Notes: generated by a model not told the origin, from the sequence alone. A stretch of DNA of 64,000 nt from Stegostoma tigrinum (GCF_030684315.1 NC_081397.1:8866001-8930000); one strand, 5' to 3'. Shown: positions 12,661 to 25,699, counted from the stretch's first letter. A program made the numbers and translations.

Positions 12661-13559
12661 CCTCCCAGTTTAAGCAAAGCGAATGGAGGCTGTGGGGGAA
12701 ATGGCATAAAGTGTTTCAAACTGGGGCATTGGCCCTTTGTGAAGCTCCAATGGAGCTCATTCCCGGGTAGTGTTAATATCTGCCTCCCCCCGGCTTGCTC
12801 ACAATCTGGTGGGGAAGCGGAGAAGCTGGCAGCCGTTCGGCCCATTTAATATTCTCTACTATTCAATAAAATCACGTCTGATCTCATGTTAACTGTGATA
12901 TTTAATTCTGCTGGCCTTCGTCCCATATTGACTCACAGAGCGATGGAATAAATGCGACATTATGACGAAGGCAGAATGTAACTGCTGTGGGGAGTCTTGC
13001 AGCGCAGAGGTAGTTTCCCTATTTCTGGGTCAGGTGGGCCGTCCTAAAGCCACACCCGGACCAGAGGAGTGTAATAATATCCCTGGGCCCGATGCAAATA
13101 CCAGTTTGGAATTGATGACTGATTTTATTCTCAGTATGCTGCAGGCAGAAACCTTGTGATGAATGGGTTACCGCAACGAATGACCCACCTGTTTTTTCTG
13201 GTTTGCGCATTCCTGGGAAGAGGACGTCTCTGGCTTGGTCCAGCATTTATTGCGCGTCCCTAGTTTCCCCCGTTGAGAAGTTGGTGCTGAGCCACCTTCT
13301 AAAATAGTTCTGGTCCATGTGCTGCCCACATTGCAGTTCGCAGGTAGATCCAGGGTCTTGATTCAGAGACAGTGAAGGCAAGGGGACGTATTTCCAAGTT
13401 AGGATAGTGGGTGATTGGAGGGGAACGTGGCTAGTATCAAGGTGGTGTTCCTCCACATCAACTGCCCAAGCCCTTTCAAATGGATATATTCGTGAGTATG
13501 GATGGTGGTCTTTTTACAGTCTACAAAACTGTCATTTTAGAGGGCTATTTAACACCGTT

Positions 13560-14130
13560 TTTGAAATTTGAGAAGAGATTCACTAGTATTTGCAGAGTAT
13601 GTAAGGCTCGAGTCATATAGAAAGGATGGATAGGGGTCAAGATCCATAACGTTTCCTGTCCCTAAGATGCTGCTTGACCTGTTGGGTTCATTCAGTTCCA
13701 CACCGTGTTTTCATGGATAGGCTGGGGCTTTTTTTCACTGCAGAGTAGGATGTTGAGAAGTCACCTTCTCACAGTTTGTAAAATACTGATGGGGTGAGAC
13801 AGAGTTAATGGTCGTTGAACTTTGTTTGGGATGGAGGGAATAGAAAACCAGGGCGGACATTTTAATGTTACAGGCGAGAGATTGAAAAAAAAAGACACGA
13901 GGGGCGTTTTTTAAACATAGAACACGGAAGGATGTGGAATAAACTACCTGTCGAAATGGTCGACGTGGCTATAATGACATTAAAACGACATTTGGAGAAG
14001 TGCATAAACACGACAGTTTTGAAAAGAAATAGGTCAGGGACAGGTAGATGGAACGAATTCAATTTGGTATTATACTCGGCCTCTACTGATTGGACTGAAC
14101 GGTCTGTATCCTCACTGTATGACTCTGTGG
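13560..14130 (+). mobile_element. Decayed CR1 3' fragment; inverted paralog at ~36600-37300
   Basis: ORF 13932-14159: WNKLPVEMVDVAIMTLKRHLEK. Contains a PLE-terminus fragment near 13640-13710. Confidence 0.75.
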
Positions 14131-14929
14131 GAGAAAAAAAAACAGAGACAAGCCATTGAGTTGGATGATCTGCCATTTTCATGGTGAGTGGGAGGAGAGG
14201 TTTGAAGGGCTGATGGGTGTTATTTGCCCAGTTGCTATTCTTTACGTTTATATGAGTGTGATTCCCAGAAACGATGTTGAGTATTGTCACTGCAATTGAA
14301 AAAAAAACTGATCTCGGTGATCAATGTAACTTCAAACCAGATGATTGGCTCTTGCAGCTGAATATGCAGCAGAACGAATCTCCGGCGCACAAACCTCGGA
14401 GAGTTTCACAATTACTGAGGAGAAAAACTACAACTAATTCCCTGGGTACCGGAGCACAGGCTGAAAGGGGGAGAAAGTACATCCTCCCACAGGTACATTT
14501 AGAGAGATTTCTGGCCTGTGACTGTATGGATGTGAATATTGAGTCAGAGAGACTGTAGGAAAAGGGCGGGCGGGATAGTCACACGGAAATGTGCTTGTGT
14601 GTCCGCTCATATCATGATATTTCCACGTCTCTCTTGTTCAAATCAAAAAGATATTCATTTCAAATCATCCCCCTGCTCCTCCACTAAACCCTAAAGATAG
14701 AATTCAAGGCAATATATTTGTTGATTTCAAGATTTCAGTCTAAAAATGATGATAATGCCAGCGCTCAGCTCAGACAGCGCGATCAGTGCAGCAGCAAAAT
14801 GCGGTAAAATCGACAAACGGAGCCGTCAATTCGAGTGAAAACCTTTCAGCCGCAAACCTTCCTGTGTCAGGGTCAGGAACGATCGAGCCTGGCTCTCTGG
14901 AGATGCGGAATGGCAGAGGAATTGGAGAG

Positions 14930-15012
14930 TTTGTGCCGAGAGACAGGCAGGCAGCAGGAGCAGGGAGCTGAGGGCAGGTTGTCTCCGCGCCGTCCGCTCG
15001 CTGCCTTTAAGT
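14930..15012 (+). promoter_or_regulatory. H1 proximal promoter (TATA-like CTTTAAG ~15005-15011; H1 box deleted)
   Basis: Position upstream of the ATG and near-identity with the promoter of the second H1 gene. Confidence 0.55.
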
Positions 15013-15091
15013 TGCTCAGTGCCGCCACCAGCAGCTTCATTGCTGACCCAGTTCAGTCTGACAGAGAGAGATTCAGCGCAGAGTTCCCGAC

Positions 15092-15730
15092 ATGAGCGAC
15101 AGTGCAGCCGCCGAAACGGCTCCTCCAGCCTCCGGCAGCACCAAACCCAAGTCTCCAAAGAAGAAGAAGGCGGCGGCTCCCAGGAAGAAACCAGCCGGTC
15201 CCGGGTTGGGCGAGCGGATTGTGAAGATTGTCGGGGAGAACAGCGATCGGAAGGGGACGTCTCTGGTCACTATAAAGAAGGCGCTGCAGAGAAGCGGGGT
15301 CAATGTGGAGAAGCAAAATTCACAGATCAGGATGGCGACCAAGAGGTGCCTGGCGAAAGGCTCCCTGGTTCTGGTGAAGGGCCAGGGCGTCTCCGGCTCC
15401 TTCAAACTCGCAAAGAATCCAGTCAAGGCAAAAGTGGGAAAGAAGGCGAGACCAGCAGCAGCCGCCAAGAAAGCAGCCGTGAAGAAAACAACGGCCAAGA
15501 AGGTGGCAGCGAAGAAGTCCCCAGCCAAGAAAGCAACCGGCAAGAAAGCGGGCGGCAAGAAGGCAGCAACGCCGAAGAAACCGGCGAAGAAAGCAGCGCC
15601 GAAGAAAAAGACTCCCGTGAAGAAGGTGATAAAGACCAAGAGCCCCAAGGCCGCAAAGCCGGCCCCGAAATCGAGGAAACCGAAGGCCAAGCCCAAAGCG
15701 AAAGTGACCAAGAAAGCAGCAAAGAAATGA
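15092..15730 (+). CDS. Histone H1 (linker histone), replication-dependent type, 212 aa
   Basis: Winged-helix globular domain (DRKGTSLVTIKKAL...KGSLVLVKGQGVSGSFKL), K/A/P-rich tail, no introns, 3' stem-loop. Confidence 0.97.
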   Translation: MSDSAAAETAPPASGSTKPKSPKKKKAAAPRKKPAGPGLGERIVKIVGENSDRKGTSLVTIKKALQRSGVNVEKQNSQIRMATKRCLAKGSLVLVKGQGVSGSFKLAKNPVKAKVGKKARPAAAAKKAAVKKTTAKKVAAKKSPAKKATGKKAGGKKAATPKKPAKKAAPKKKTPVKKVIKTKSPKAAKPAPKSRKPKAKPKAKVTKKAAKK

Positions 15731-15766
15731 AGCAGTCCGTGTAACATGTAACAAACTGAACCCAAA

Positions 15767-15806
15767 GGCTCTTCTCAGAGCCGCCACATCTTTCAGGAGA
15801 GAGCTG
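15767..15806 (+). terminator. Histone 3' stem-loop and HDE (U7 site)
   Basis: GGCTCT-TCTC-AGAGCC at 15767-15782, preceded by CCCAAA and followed by AGGAGAGAGCTG. Confidence 0.93.
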
Positions 15807-15828
15807 AGCCTGGATCGAATGATCCCTG

Positions 15829-16014
15829 AAATAACATGGTGCAGAGCTGGATGACCATAACAGGCCAAGCAGCATCAGAGGAGCAGGAAAGCTGACGTTT
15901 CAGGCCCAGATCCTTCTTCCTGCTTCTCTGGTGCTGCTTGGCTTGCTCTGTCCATCCGACTCTACACCTTGTTATTTCAGATTGTCCAGCATCTGCAATT
16001 CCGTCTATCTCTCA
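15829..16014. mobile_element. Hairpin-shaped Penelope-terminus insertion just 3' of H1
   Basis: TSD AATGATCCCTG at 15818-15828 and 16015-16025; the site is empty at the paralogous H1 (~34945-34965). Confidence 0.88.
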
Positions 16015-16589
16015 AATGATCCCTGTCCCGGATCCGAGTGCAGACACAGCATAAACTTGAATTGATTCGAGTAACTTAAATATCACATTTCCGAGAGCAG
16101 AAACTGAGAATGGGGATGGTATCACATGGGGAGAGTCACTGGAACTGCATCTGGCTATTTCATACCGCGACTTGTAATTCTGCCCAGACACAAATCTTAC
16201 ATAATGCAGTACATGCATCTCATTAACCCTTCCAGGAATGTTAATTTGTTTAATTTTGATGATAGGACCTCTGGCGATGTTTTAACGGTGTATTCCTCCC
16301 ATTTACCTGCGAAAGACATTTCAGGCAGTAATTACAAATTGTGTTCGGAATGCTTACAATCTGGGAGAAATAAACATGTCCCGAAAAAAAGGGATTTTGC
16401 AATTAATCTCTTTGAAGATGTTTAATTCGGCGTGTTTGATAAGATTGATTACCCACGGTTACACGGCTGGTTGATCAGTTTGCCTGGGCTGTATCAATAT
16501 CCGCGCTTCCCTCCTGCCTGTTGCAGACAGATCAGGCAATGATCCCGTGTCCTGTCCGCGCTGTGGGCAAGGTCGGTTTCAAGCAAATT

Positions 16590-17095
16590 GGTGTGTAAGC
16601 AGCGCAGGGGTGTTCCTTACTCCCAAACCACCAAGACGCCGGCAGCCGATGAAAGGAGCGCATGCGTGAGACCCTCCCCCAGTGATGGCATTGAGGAGTG
16701 TTGACTCAGTGAATGGAAGAGGTTTGTTTGAAACAGGCCGCAATGGAGAGACCAGCGCCCAGGGAAGCGAGGGAACAGCAGGCTCCTTCCAGCAGCGCAT
16801 CGAGATGTGAGTCTGGGACACAGAGGGGGCTCCGAGACCGGCATTGATTCGGGCTCCGTTCAGGGAGAACCGTGGGCTGTTGGTAAGAGGCGGAGCGGAG
16901 CAGGAACTGGTCTCGGAACTTGGAGTGAGCGGCCTGGGGGCGGGGAGAGAGAGGCCTTTCTCGGGCTGTGTGTGGGCCTGCGGAGGGAGACACAGCGGCA
17001 AGAAGCTGCTGCTGGGGATCAGTCTTGTAGCTTTTAGTCTTCTAAACACTGATGGAAATTCATTGTTTGGCTGCTGTTTCACGCTGTTAGTTGCC
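16590..17095 (+). promoter_or_regulatory. GC-rich promoter / first-exon module, copy 2
   Basis: AGCGCATGCGTG at 16657-16668; TGACTCA at 16702-16708; ATG at 16743; donor GAT|GTGAGT after 16806; second donor TTG|GTAAGA after 16882. Confidence 0.65.
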
Positions 17096-17595
17096 AGTTG
17101 TGGGGCTTCCGATAAAGGACGTAGATTGGAGTTAACAGATTATACGTCTCGGGGGGGAAAAAACACATTTGAAACAGCGGCTGCTGTTCTTTTCAACAGT
17201 GTGTTGGGATCTGGTAACATGAGCTGTGTCAACAGTGTAGCATCTTCAGGTCGCACCTCAGATGGAGCTTTGCAATTATTGCTCAGTTTCTGAATCTCAC
17301 TCCGTTGGTATCGAATTACATATTTGAAAAACAATTCCTCAGACAAGGAGCAGCTCGATGTAAGAATGGAATCAGACTTGTGTTTGAATTGATGCCCTTT
17401 AAAGAAAAGACTGTGTCAAGAGAATTCTATGCTGTGGTCCAACAGGTTTATTTTGGAGTTCTGTTGCTTTGGGAGGTGAAGTTCAAGAAACGAAACACCC
17501 TAAAAACTGTTCACTGAATATATGTTAATCTGATTGATATTGTCAAATTTGGCTGATGTTGATTTACAGGAGATAACTCTTCTGTCTTCCTCCAG

Positions 17596-17667
17596 GAAAG
17601 TACTCGAAGAAACAATATTTCCTTGTTACAAAGCCAAGTGTGAGCAGTTGCTTCTAACTAACACCAG
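17596..17667 (+). other. Putative exon, copy D (72 nt, internal deletion, GC donor)
   Basis: tcttctgtcttcctccag|GAAAGTAC...AACACCAG|gcatgt. Confidence 0.45.
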
Positions 17668-17989
17668 GCATGTTCCTGCGATCAGAATGGAGAATATCTT
17701 TTCCAGAGTCAGAGTGGATTGGATCAGACTTGTTTTGAGCTCAATTTCCAGAAACTTGTCCAAGGAAACAACTAACCAAGCACAACTGAGGAAAGGCAAG
17801 TTTATTTTTTTTGTTTTCATTGTCAATTGACATCATGCTCGTTCCAATTAATATCATTTGTCACCCATTAACATTCACATCATGTTTGAAATGTTAACAG
17901 CTAACTCCTTGTTGAAAGTACTGAAAACAGGAACTGAATCAAGTTTGCATTTAGGAAAGGTATTTTATAATATCTCAAACCGGATAGAG

Positions 17990-19790
17990 AGACTCCTCCT
18001 ACCACCCCCTTTGATCATGACCCTGCCCCAATCGCCAAAACAATATCAACTCCCAGACCATCCACAACCTCAGCACCTCAGGTGCTGTCCTGCCAACAGC
18101 CTCTGACCTCATCTTTCCCCAACGCCATGTTAACTGTTTCTGCCTTATCCCCAAAATCCACATACCCGACTGCCCCGTTGATGCACACTGTCTCTCACGC
18201 TCCCACTTTCTGCAGTCAAATTGGGTGGCCACGGGTACCCGCATGGGCCCAAGCTATTCCTGCTTCTTGTAGGATACATGGACCAGCCCCTCTTCTGCAG
18301 CTACACTGTCCCCACCCCCACCTCTTCCTCTGTTATTTCGATGACTGTATCGGTGCCACCTCGTACTCCCTCAAGGAACTCACAGTTCATCCACTTTACT
18401 AACAGCTTCCACCCCAAGTTTAACTTCACCTGGACCATCTTAAGTACATCTCTCTCCTTCCTGGACAACTCTGTTTGTTTGCATTTCTGGAAACTGGTAA
18501 CTAATTCAAGCCAACCGACTGTCACAGCTACCTAGAATACACCTCCCCTCCCCTACCTTCCTGCAAGAATGCCATCCCCTATTCCCAATTCCTTCCTCTG
18601 TTTCATCTGCTCCCGAGATGAGGCATTCCAATCCCGGTCATTGCAGACGTCCTTGTTTTTCAAGGACTGCCATTTCCACTCCACAGTGGCTGAATATGCC
18701 CTTGACCTCATCGCTCTCATTTCTGCAACTTGCCCCTTAGACAACCTCTTCACAATAACAAAAAAGACAGAATCTCCTTTGTCATCACGGATCACTCCAA
18801 CAAACTCAGGATTCAACGCATCTTCCTCCGCCACTTCTGCCACCTTCAATCTCACCCCACTCCCAAGGACACTTTTCCCTCCCCAACCCTATCAACCTTC
18901 CAGAGGGACCGCTCTCTCTGACTCCCTCGTCCACTCCACACTCCCCATAGCCCCACCGCCCCTGGCACATTTCACTGGAACCACAGGAAGTGCTACACCT
19001 GCCCCAATATCTCTCTCCCCTTATCTCCATCCCAGGTCCCAAGAAAACCTTCCATGTTAAACAGATGTTCATCTGTATGTCCAGTAATACATTGTGTTGT
19101 GTCCACTGTTCCCGATGTGGCCCCCTCTACATTGGGGAAACCAAGCGGAGGCTTGGAAACCACTTTGAACACCTACGCTCACATCGTGACAAACGACTGC
19201 ACCTCCCCAGTCATGAACCACTTCAACACCCCCTCCCACTCGTTGGACGACATGTCCATCCCAGGCCGCCTCCAGTGCCACAACATTGCCACCGGTAGGG
19301 TGCACGAGCAGCAGCTCGTATTTCACTTGGGAGCCCTGCAGCACAATGTTCTCAACAAGGGCGTCAAAATCTGTCCACCCCAAACCCATCCCTGCCTCCT
19401 TGACCTGTCCATCTTTTCTCCAACCAATCTGGTTCTCCCACCTCACTGATCAACCCCCACCGGCACTTTGGCCTACTAACCTTAGCCCTGCCTCCTTGAC
19501 CTGTCAGCCTTCCCTCAACCCACATCTGACCTCCCTCCCTACACTTACCGTTACTGGCTCCAGCCCTGCCTCCTTGACTGGCCATCTTTTCTCCACCTAT
19601 CTGGTCCTTTATCCACCTTTCGTCATCATCTCCTCACTTCTCTCTATTTATTGCAGAGTCCCTTTCTCTTCTCTTCCCTTCCCCCCCCCCCCCCCCATTT
19701 CTGACAGAAGGGTCCAGTCCAAAAATGTCAGCTCTCCTGCTCCTCTGCTGCCTGACCTGCTGTGTTCATCCAGCTCTACACCTTGTTACC
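17990..19790 (+). mobile_element. Decayed Penelope-like element (Neptune-like): RT, GIY-YIG and terminal repeat
   Basis: RT remnants (YFDDCIG; FTNSFHPKFNFTWTI), GIY-YIG (CVHCSRCGPLYIGETKRRLG...EH), C/T-rich 3' region; many frameshifts. Confidence 0.88.
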
Positions 19791-20899
19791 CCCTCAAAGG
19801 AAGACATCATGTTACATAGTTTGAACAACCACGTCTGACAAGTAGCAAATCACTACTGAGCACATGCAAACACATAGACAAAGCTGCTGACTGAGTCCCA
19901 AATATGCTCATTGTATCAACACATAACATACAAAGACTGGGTATACATTGTTGTCATACACACTGCAGGGAACAGAAGCAAATACATAGAAAATGTTTAC
20001 AGCTCTGTTTTAAGAAAAGCAAGAGAGTCTACCAGACAGAAAAAAATACCTTTCAGCCCATGGGGTTGATAGTAGACAAAAACAAGCACCTGACATTTCT
20101 GATCCCGTTCAGCCAGCATTCCATTTCAATAAGTGTGCCATGGCAGTATACGATTTGCCAATCTACCTTATCACAGCGTGATTCTCAATGTGTTCACCTT
20201 CAGGAATAGAAACCATATTTTCCGTCTGTCTTGCAAAATTTCTTCTTTTTGTGTGGGGTGAAGCATTGAAGTGAATTTGGCAACTAAGTTAAACAGTTTT
20301 CTAGTGTCACTTGTCCCTCCCAATGAAATATTCCAGAAACACGCAAGAAAACAGAATGCTGTTTCTTCACGTTAGTGATGTAATCATCATTTAAAGCAAC
20401 GAAGAATGATCCATTTAACTAAATCTTGTAATTGTCAAATTTTACTTTCTCACAGTTTGACCATATTCAATAAGGTTAAATCTTCTCCACTGTAAGACAG
20501 AAAATACAATTCCTTTTTCTTTCTTCATCCCCACGACAGCGCATTGTCAGTGTATTGCCGATGCCATGTGCCATTGCACAACAGAGCAGGGTTCTGTTAT
20601 ATCCATGGTAGTATAATTTAAGTGAATTAGCCGATACCCTTCCCTGTAGAAGGAACCTCGTGGTCATTCAGCTGAATACAGTTGATTTGTTCATTGCCCT
20701 TTTCTTTAGACTCAAAGAAAGGAATGCCACATCAATCTATTCCCTCAGCATTATTCACAAAATTCTGTTCCTGTGTACACAGAAAAGCTGATGTCACCTT
20801 GAAGAACAGCCCTTGATACAATTTCTGTCAGTTAGACTCTGCTCTCTTGGAGTTACAAAACCTTTTTGCTTTTACATCACACAATCCATTGCACAAAAC

Positions 20900-23800
20900 A
20901 AATGCATGGAGCAATAACTGACAGGCACAGGCTGATAACTGCACTCCTGCGTTCTTAAAGCAGAAACTGACAGGCTTGGGCTGATAACTAAACTCGGAGG
21001 TTCACAAAGCAGCAGCTGGCATGTACAGATTGATAACTATATACTTCGATATTCACAGAGCAGAAACAGACAGAGAAAGATTGACATCTGTACTCTTATT
21101 CATGTGGTATAAACATTATAGGTACAGATTTCTAACTCCACTCATTGACACACCGAGCAGAAACTGACAAGGAGAAATTATTTATATTTCAATACCAGGA
21201 CTGGCAAATCCAAATTGCTAAGCACATTCACAGCACACTCACTGGCTGATAGGGAACGATTGATAAATGTCCTGAAATAGTCATGTAACAGAGACTACCA
21301 GTTACAGATTTATAACTGCACACTCAGACACACAGCTGAAACTGACAGGGACTGACCGGTAAATGGACTCGGACATTCGTCTGGTAGTTAATGACAAAAC
21401 ATAGAACGTAGAACATTACAGCACAGTACAGGCCCTTTGGCCCTCGATGTTGTTGTGCCGACCTGTCATACCGATCTCAAGCCCATCTAACCTACGCTAT
21501 TCCATGTACATCCATATACTTATCCAATGACGCCTTAAATGTACCCAAAGTTGGCGAATCTACTACCGTTGCAGGCAAAGTGTTCCATTCCCTTACTACT
21601 GAGTCAAGAAATTACCTCAGACATCTGTTCTATATCTTTCACCCCTCAATTTAAAGCTATGCCCCCTTGTGCTCACCGTCACCATCCGAGGAAAACGGTT
21701 CTCCCTATCCACCCTATCTAACCCTCTGATTATTTTATATGTTTCAAGTCACCTCTCAACCACCTTCTCTGTAATGTAAGTCCCTCAGCCTTTCCTCAAG
21801 ACCTTCCCTCCATATCAGGCAACATCCTAGTAAATCTCCTCTGCACCATTTCCAAAGCTTCCACATCCTTCTTATAATGCGGTGACCAGAACTGTACACA
21901 ATGCTCCAAGTGCAGCCGCACCAGAGTTTTGTATGGCTTCACCATAACCTCTTGGTTCCAGAACTCGATGAATAAAAGCTGAAACACTGTATGCCACCTT
22001 AACACCCCTGTCAACCTGGGTGGCAACTTTCAAGGATCTGTGTACATGGACGCCGAGATCTCTCTGCTCATCTACACTACTAAGAATCTTACCATTAGCC
22101 CTGTACTTTGCCTTCTGGTTACTCCTACCAAAGTGCATCACCTCATACTTGTCTGCATTAAAATCTATTTCCCACCTCTCAGCCCAGCTCTGCAGCTTAT
22201 CGATGACTCTCTGCAACCTACAGCATCCTTCGTCACTATCCACAGCTCCACCGACCTTTGGTGTCGTCTGCAAATGTACTAACCCATCCTTCTACGCCCT
22301 CATCCAGGTCATTTATAAAAATGACAAACAGCAGTGGACCCAACAGCGACCCTTGCGGTACACCATTAGTAACTGCTCTCCAGGATGAACATTTCCCATC
22401 AACTACCACCCTCTGTCTTCTTTCAGCAGGCCAATTTCCAATCTAAACTGCTATATCTCCCACAATTCCATTCCTCCGCATTTTGCACAATAGCGTCTTG
22501 TGGGGAATCTTATCAAATGCCTTGCTGAAATCGATAAACACCACATCAACCGGTTTACTCTCATCTACCTGTTTGGTCACCTTCTCAAAGAACTCTAAGG
22601 TTTGTGAGGCACGACCTTGCCTTCACAAAACCATGCTGACTATCCCTAATCAATTTTATTCTTTTCTAGAATATAAATCCGATCCCTTATAACCTTTTCC
22701 AACACTTTACCAACAACTGTGGTAAGGCTCACTGGTCTATAATTACCAGGGTTGTCTCTACTCCCCTTCTTGAACAGGGAAACCACATTTGCTACCCTCC
22801 AGTCATCTGGCACTATTCCTGAACTTTTGATAACAAATCTATCATATCTACACAGCAAAAACTGACAGAAACAGATTAATAATAAAACTCCCAGTTTCAT
22901 ATTTGTTTAAACTGACAGGTACAGTTTGATAACTATCAGATTTTCACAGCAGAATCTGACAATAACTGATCGATTACTAAACTCAGATTGACAAGCAAAT
23001 ACAAAACAGGTATAGACGTGACAACTACACTCATGCATTGACCACCAGCAACTGATGTGTAGGTGCACAGCTACACTCATTCACATGGCAGTAACAGAGA
23101 GCTACAGCTTAATAACTACAGTCACCCACCTGCATTACAGTAACTGTCAGGGGCAGGTTGATAACACTCACACATTTATGTGACAGAAACTGACATGTAC
23201 TGATAATAACTAAACCCATCTATGGATACAGCAGAAACTGACGGAGACTGATAATTGCACTTCCATTATCATTGCAGAAACTGAGATTTATAACTGCACC
23301 CTCTCATTCACATGGCAAAAACTGAGTGTACAGATTTGATAACCATAGGCACACATTTGCTTTGCAATATGTGACAGGGATGGGATAATCCTTCCTGCAA
23401 AATGTTACAAGAAAGCAAGAGAACTAATTAATTAATAATTCACAGCAGAAACCTAGAGGTATAATCCTGATAATTACACAAGAATATTCACTGGGGAGAC
23501 ACTGACAAGGTTCAGATTGATAATGACAATCTCATTCATACAACAGAAATTGGTTGGTACGCACTGAAAAGCACAGTCTCATAATTACAGAACAGAAACT
23601 GACAATCACAGACGGATAACTACATTTTCATATTCACATGTCTGAAAATGACTGTTAGGATTGAATGAATATGGTGCATTTTTACAAGCAGAAACATTCA
23701 AGGTTACGCTAACAACTGCACCCACACATTCAAAGCTCGGAACTGACAGGTAAAGATGAAAAGCCAAGCTCACGTGTTGACATAGCAGAAACTGAGAAGC

Positions 23801-24020
23801 ACAGTCTGAAGCCTGCTCTCCGACATTCAGATAGCAGAAAACGACTGGCACAGATGGATAAGTATACTCACCTTGCAGACACTGACACGAACATTCCCAC
23901 ATCACCAACAATCAGGTAAAGACTTACAACGGCATTCTCATATTCACAAAGGGGGGAAAAAAAATAATCACAGTCAAGTCCAATTTGATAACTTCTCAAA
24001 TAAACACAGGGCAGAATCTC
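20900..24020 (+). repeat. Degenerate ~49-bp tandem repeat array, split by a CR1 insertion
   Basis: Many variants of GCAGAAACTGACAGGTACAGATTGATAACTACACTC at 20900-21395 and 22825-24020. Confidence 0.85.
21398..22822 (-). mobile_element. CR1 LINE, 5'-truncated; same subfamily as 50740-54020
   Basis: ORFs 22646-22900 (PDDWRVANV...NYRPVSLT), 21872-22273 and 21796-22026 (HLEHCVQFWSPHYKKD). Confidence 0.93.
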
Positions 24021-24398
24021 ACAGGTCCCCGTCAGTCTCTGCTGTGTGAATACATAAGTAATTTAACAAAGGCTCACCAATGTGTGAGACATGAATAGAT
24101 CAACAAATAAACTCATATCCACAGACCCACTCACATTGTGTAGTCCCATTCATGGATCTGGACACTTAGTTTGTTTCTGGACTTCACTCAATTGGTATGG
24201 AATTAACAAAAAGAAAAATCACAAGACAAAGAAGCAGCTCAGATCAAGAGTGGAATCAAACACCTAATTCTGTTCAGATTCCTGGCTTGAAATTAAATAT
24301 TGTAATGATTATTAACTGAACATTGCATCCAATAATGAAATATCACTGAACTTGGCTGATGTTGACTTGCAGGAGGATTTTCTTCTGTCTTCCTCCAG

Positions 24399-24480
24399 GC
24401 AAATACGTGAGGGACTAAGAGAAAGTAATATTCCCTCGGCACAAAGCCAAGTGTGACCAGCTGCTTCTAACAAACGGAAG
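24399..24480 (+). other. Putative 82-nt exon, copy E
   Basis: tttcttctgtcttcctccag|GCAAATACGTG...AAACGGAAG|gtatgt. Confidence 0.6.
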
Positions 24481-24699
24481 GTATGTTACCGCTGTCAGAG
24501 CAGAGAGCATCCTTTCCACAGTCACAGACCAGATTGAGTCAGACACACATTGAGGTCAATTTCCAGTGAGATTTGTTCCAACAACACAGAGGAAATAGAA
24601 GTTTTGTTTTTTTCCACCATTCACAATGCACACCTGCCCAGTTCGAACAAATTTCAGCATTTCAAGTGTTTTGCGAGATCTGCAGCTCGGATAGCGGAT

Positions 24700-25530
24700 A
24701 ATGTTGAGCTGGCTTGCTTTTCTTCATACAGTCCATCACCATGCTCAGTGGTATCATCAGTGGAGCCTCCAATGAGTCAGTTATTCCACGTCCTGTGGAA
24801 TTTATACTGTATGGTCCATTATGGTGACTACTATCACTTCTGGTTTTGATCTGTCTGAGTTTTCATTTTTGGGGTCCGATTCTATAATCTTGTTGATTGA
24901 AGTATGCATGGAAAACCATGCCTCTCGGAATTGCTGTGTGTCTGTGTTTGGCTTGGGCTACCATGGTTACTTTGTCCCATGTTAACCTGATGGCCTTTAT
25001 TGTCTGAATATGTGATACATTCAGACAACCAAGGCCATCAGTTGAAATGGGACAAAGTTACCATATTAAAAAGAAAGAACTGTGGATGCTGTAAATCAGG
25101 AACAAAAGACAGACTTGCTGGACAAGCTCTGCAGCTCAGCAGTAACTGGTTCTGAGGAAAGGTTACTGGACCCGCAAGGCTAACTCTCTGTTTTTCCCTT
25201 CACCGATGCTGCCTGACCTGAGCTTTTTCCAGCACCTTTTATTTTTGTTGTGTAAGGTAACCATAGCAGCCTAAGCCAAACATAGACATGTTAAGGAATT
25301 CCTAGAGACATTGTTCTCCACACAAACATAGAATTGGACCCCATGTATAAACCCATATAGATCAAAACTGAAATGACAGTACTCAGCATAACAGACCTGA
25401 CAGTGCAAATTCCAAGCAGAGGAGAATCACATTGCATCAGCAGAGGCTCCACTGATGATGTCACCTAGCATGGTGGCAAAACGTCCGAACAAAAACATGA
25501 CAGCTCACTGACCAAGTCAACAACATCACA
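24700..25530. mobile_element. Penelope-like (Poseidon-like) 3' end as an inverted pair, with a nested hairpin element at ~25070-25250
   Basis: 24700-25010 is roughly the reverse complement of 25020-25530. Hammerhead-like CTGATGA-TGTCACC-TAGCAT-GGTGGC-AAAACGTC at 25452-25485. Confidence 0.7.
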
Positions 25531-25699
25531 TTTCTGCATTCACAGCCCATTGACATTTACACCGTTTTTGAAGATGGACAGACTGAATACTTGTCCAAAA
25601 TACACACTCAAACTGAATATAATCTGCATTAAATGACTCTGATAACAGCTACCACATAACAAATTGCATCGTCACAGAGAATATTACTGGCTGCCAAAG

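Noticed and set aside
12014-12849. ORFs MKQQPNNEF... and MSQTHISMRC... recurring in three places
   Set aside because: They recur because the GC module is triplicated. They start at non-ATG codons in some copies, are broken by indels, and are antisense to the splice signals.
12990-13110. Possible tRNA gene
   Set aside because: Only a faint A/B-box-like SINE head; no cloverleaf could be drawn.
15019-15875. Long overlapping or antisense ORFs over H1 (241, 230, 182, 150 aa), and likewise at 34958-35856
   Set aside because: Shadows of the GC-rich Lys/Ala/Pro codon usage of H1; no independent signals.
19681-19696. Poly-C run and (GT)n at 2782-2799
   Set aside because: Ordinary simple repeats within a TE tail and an array.
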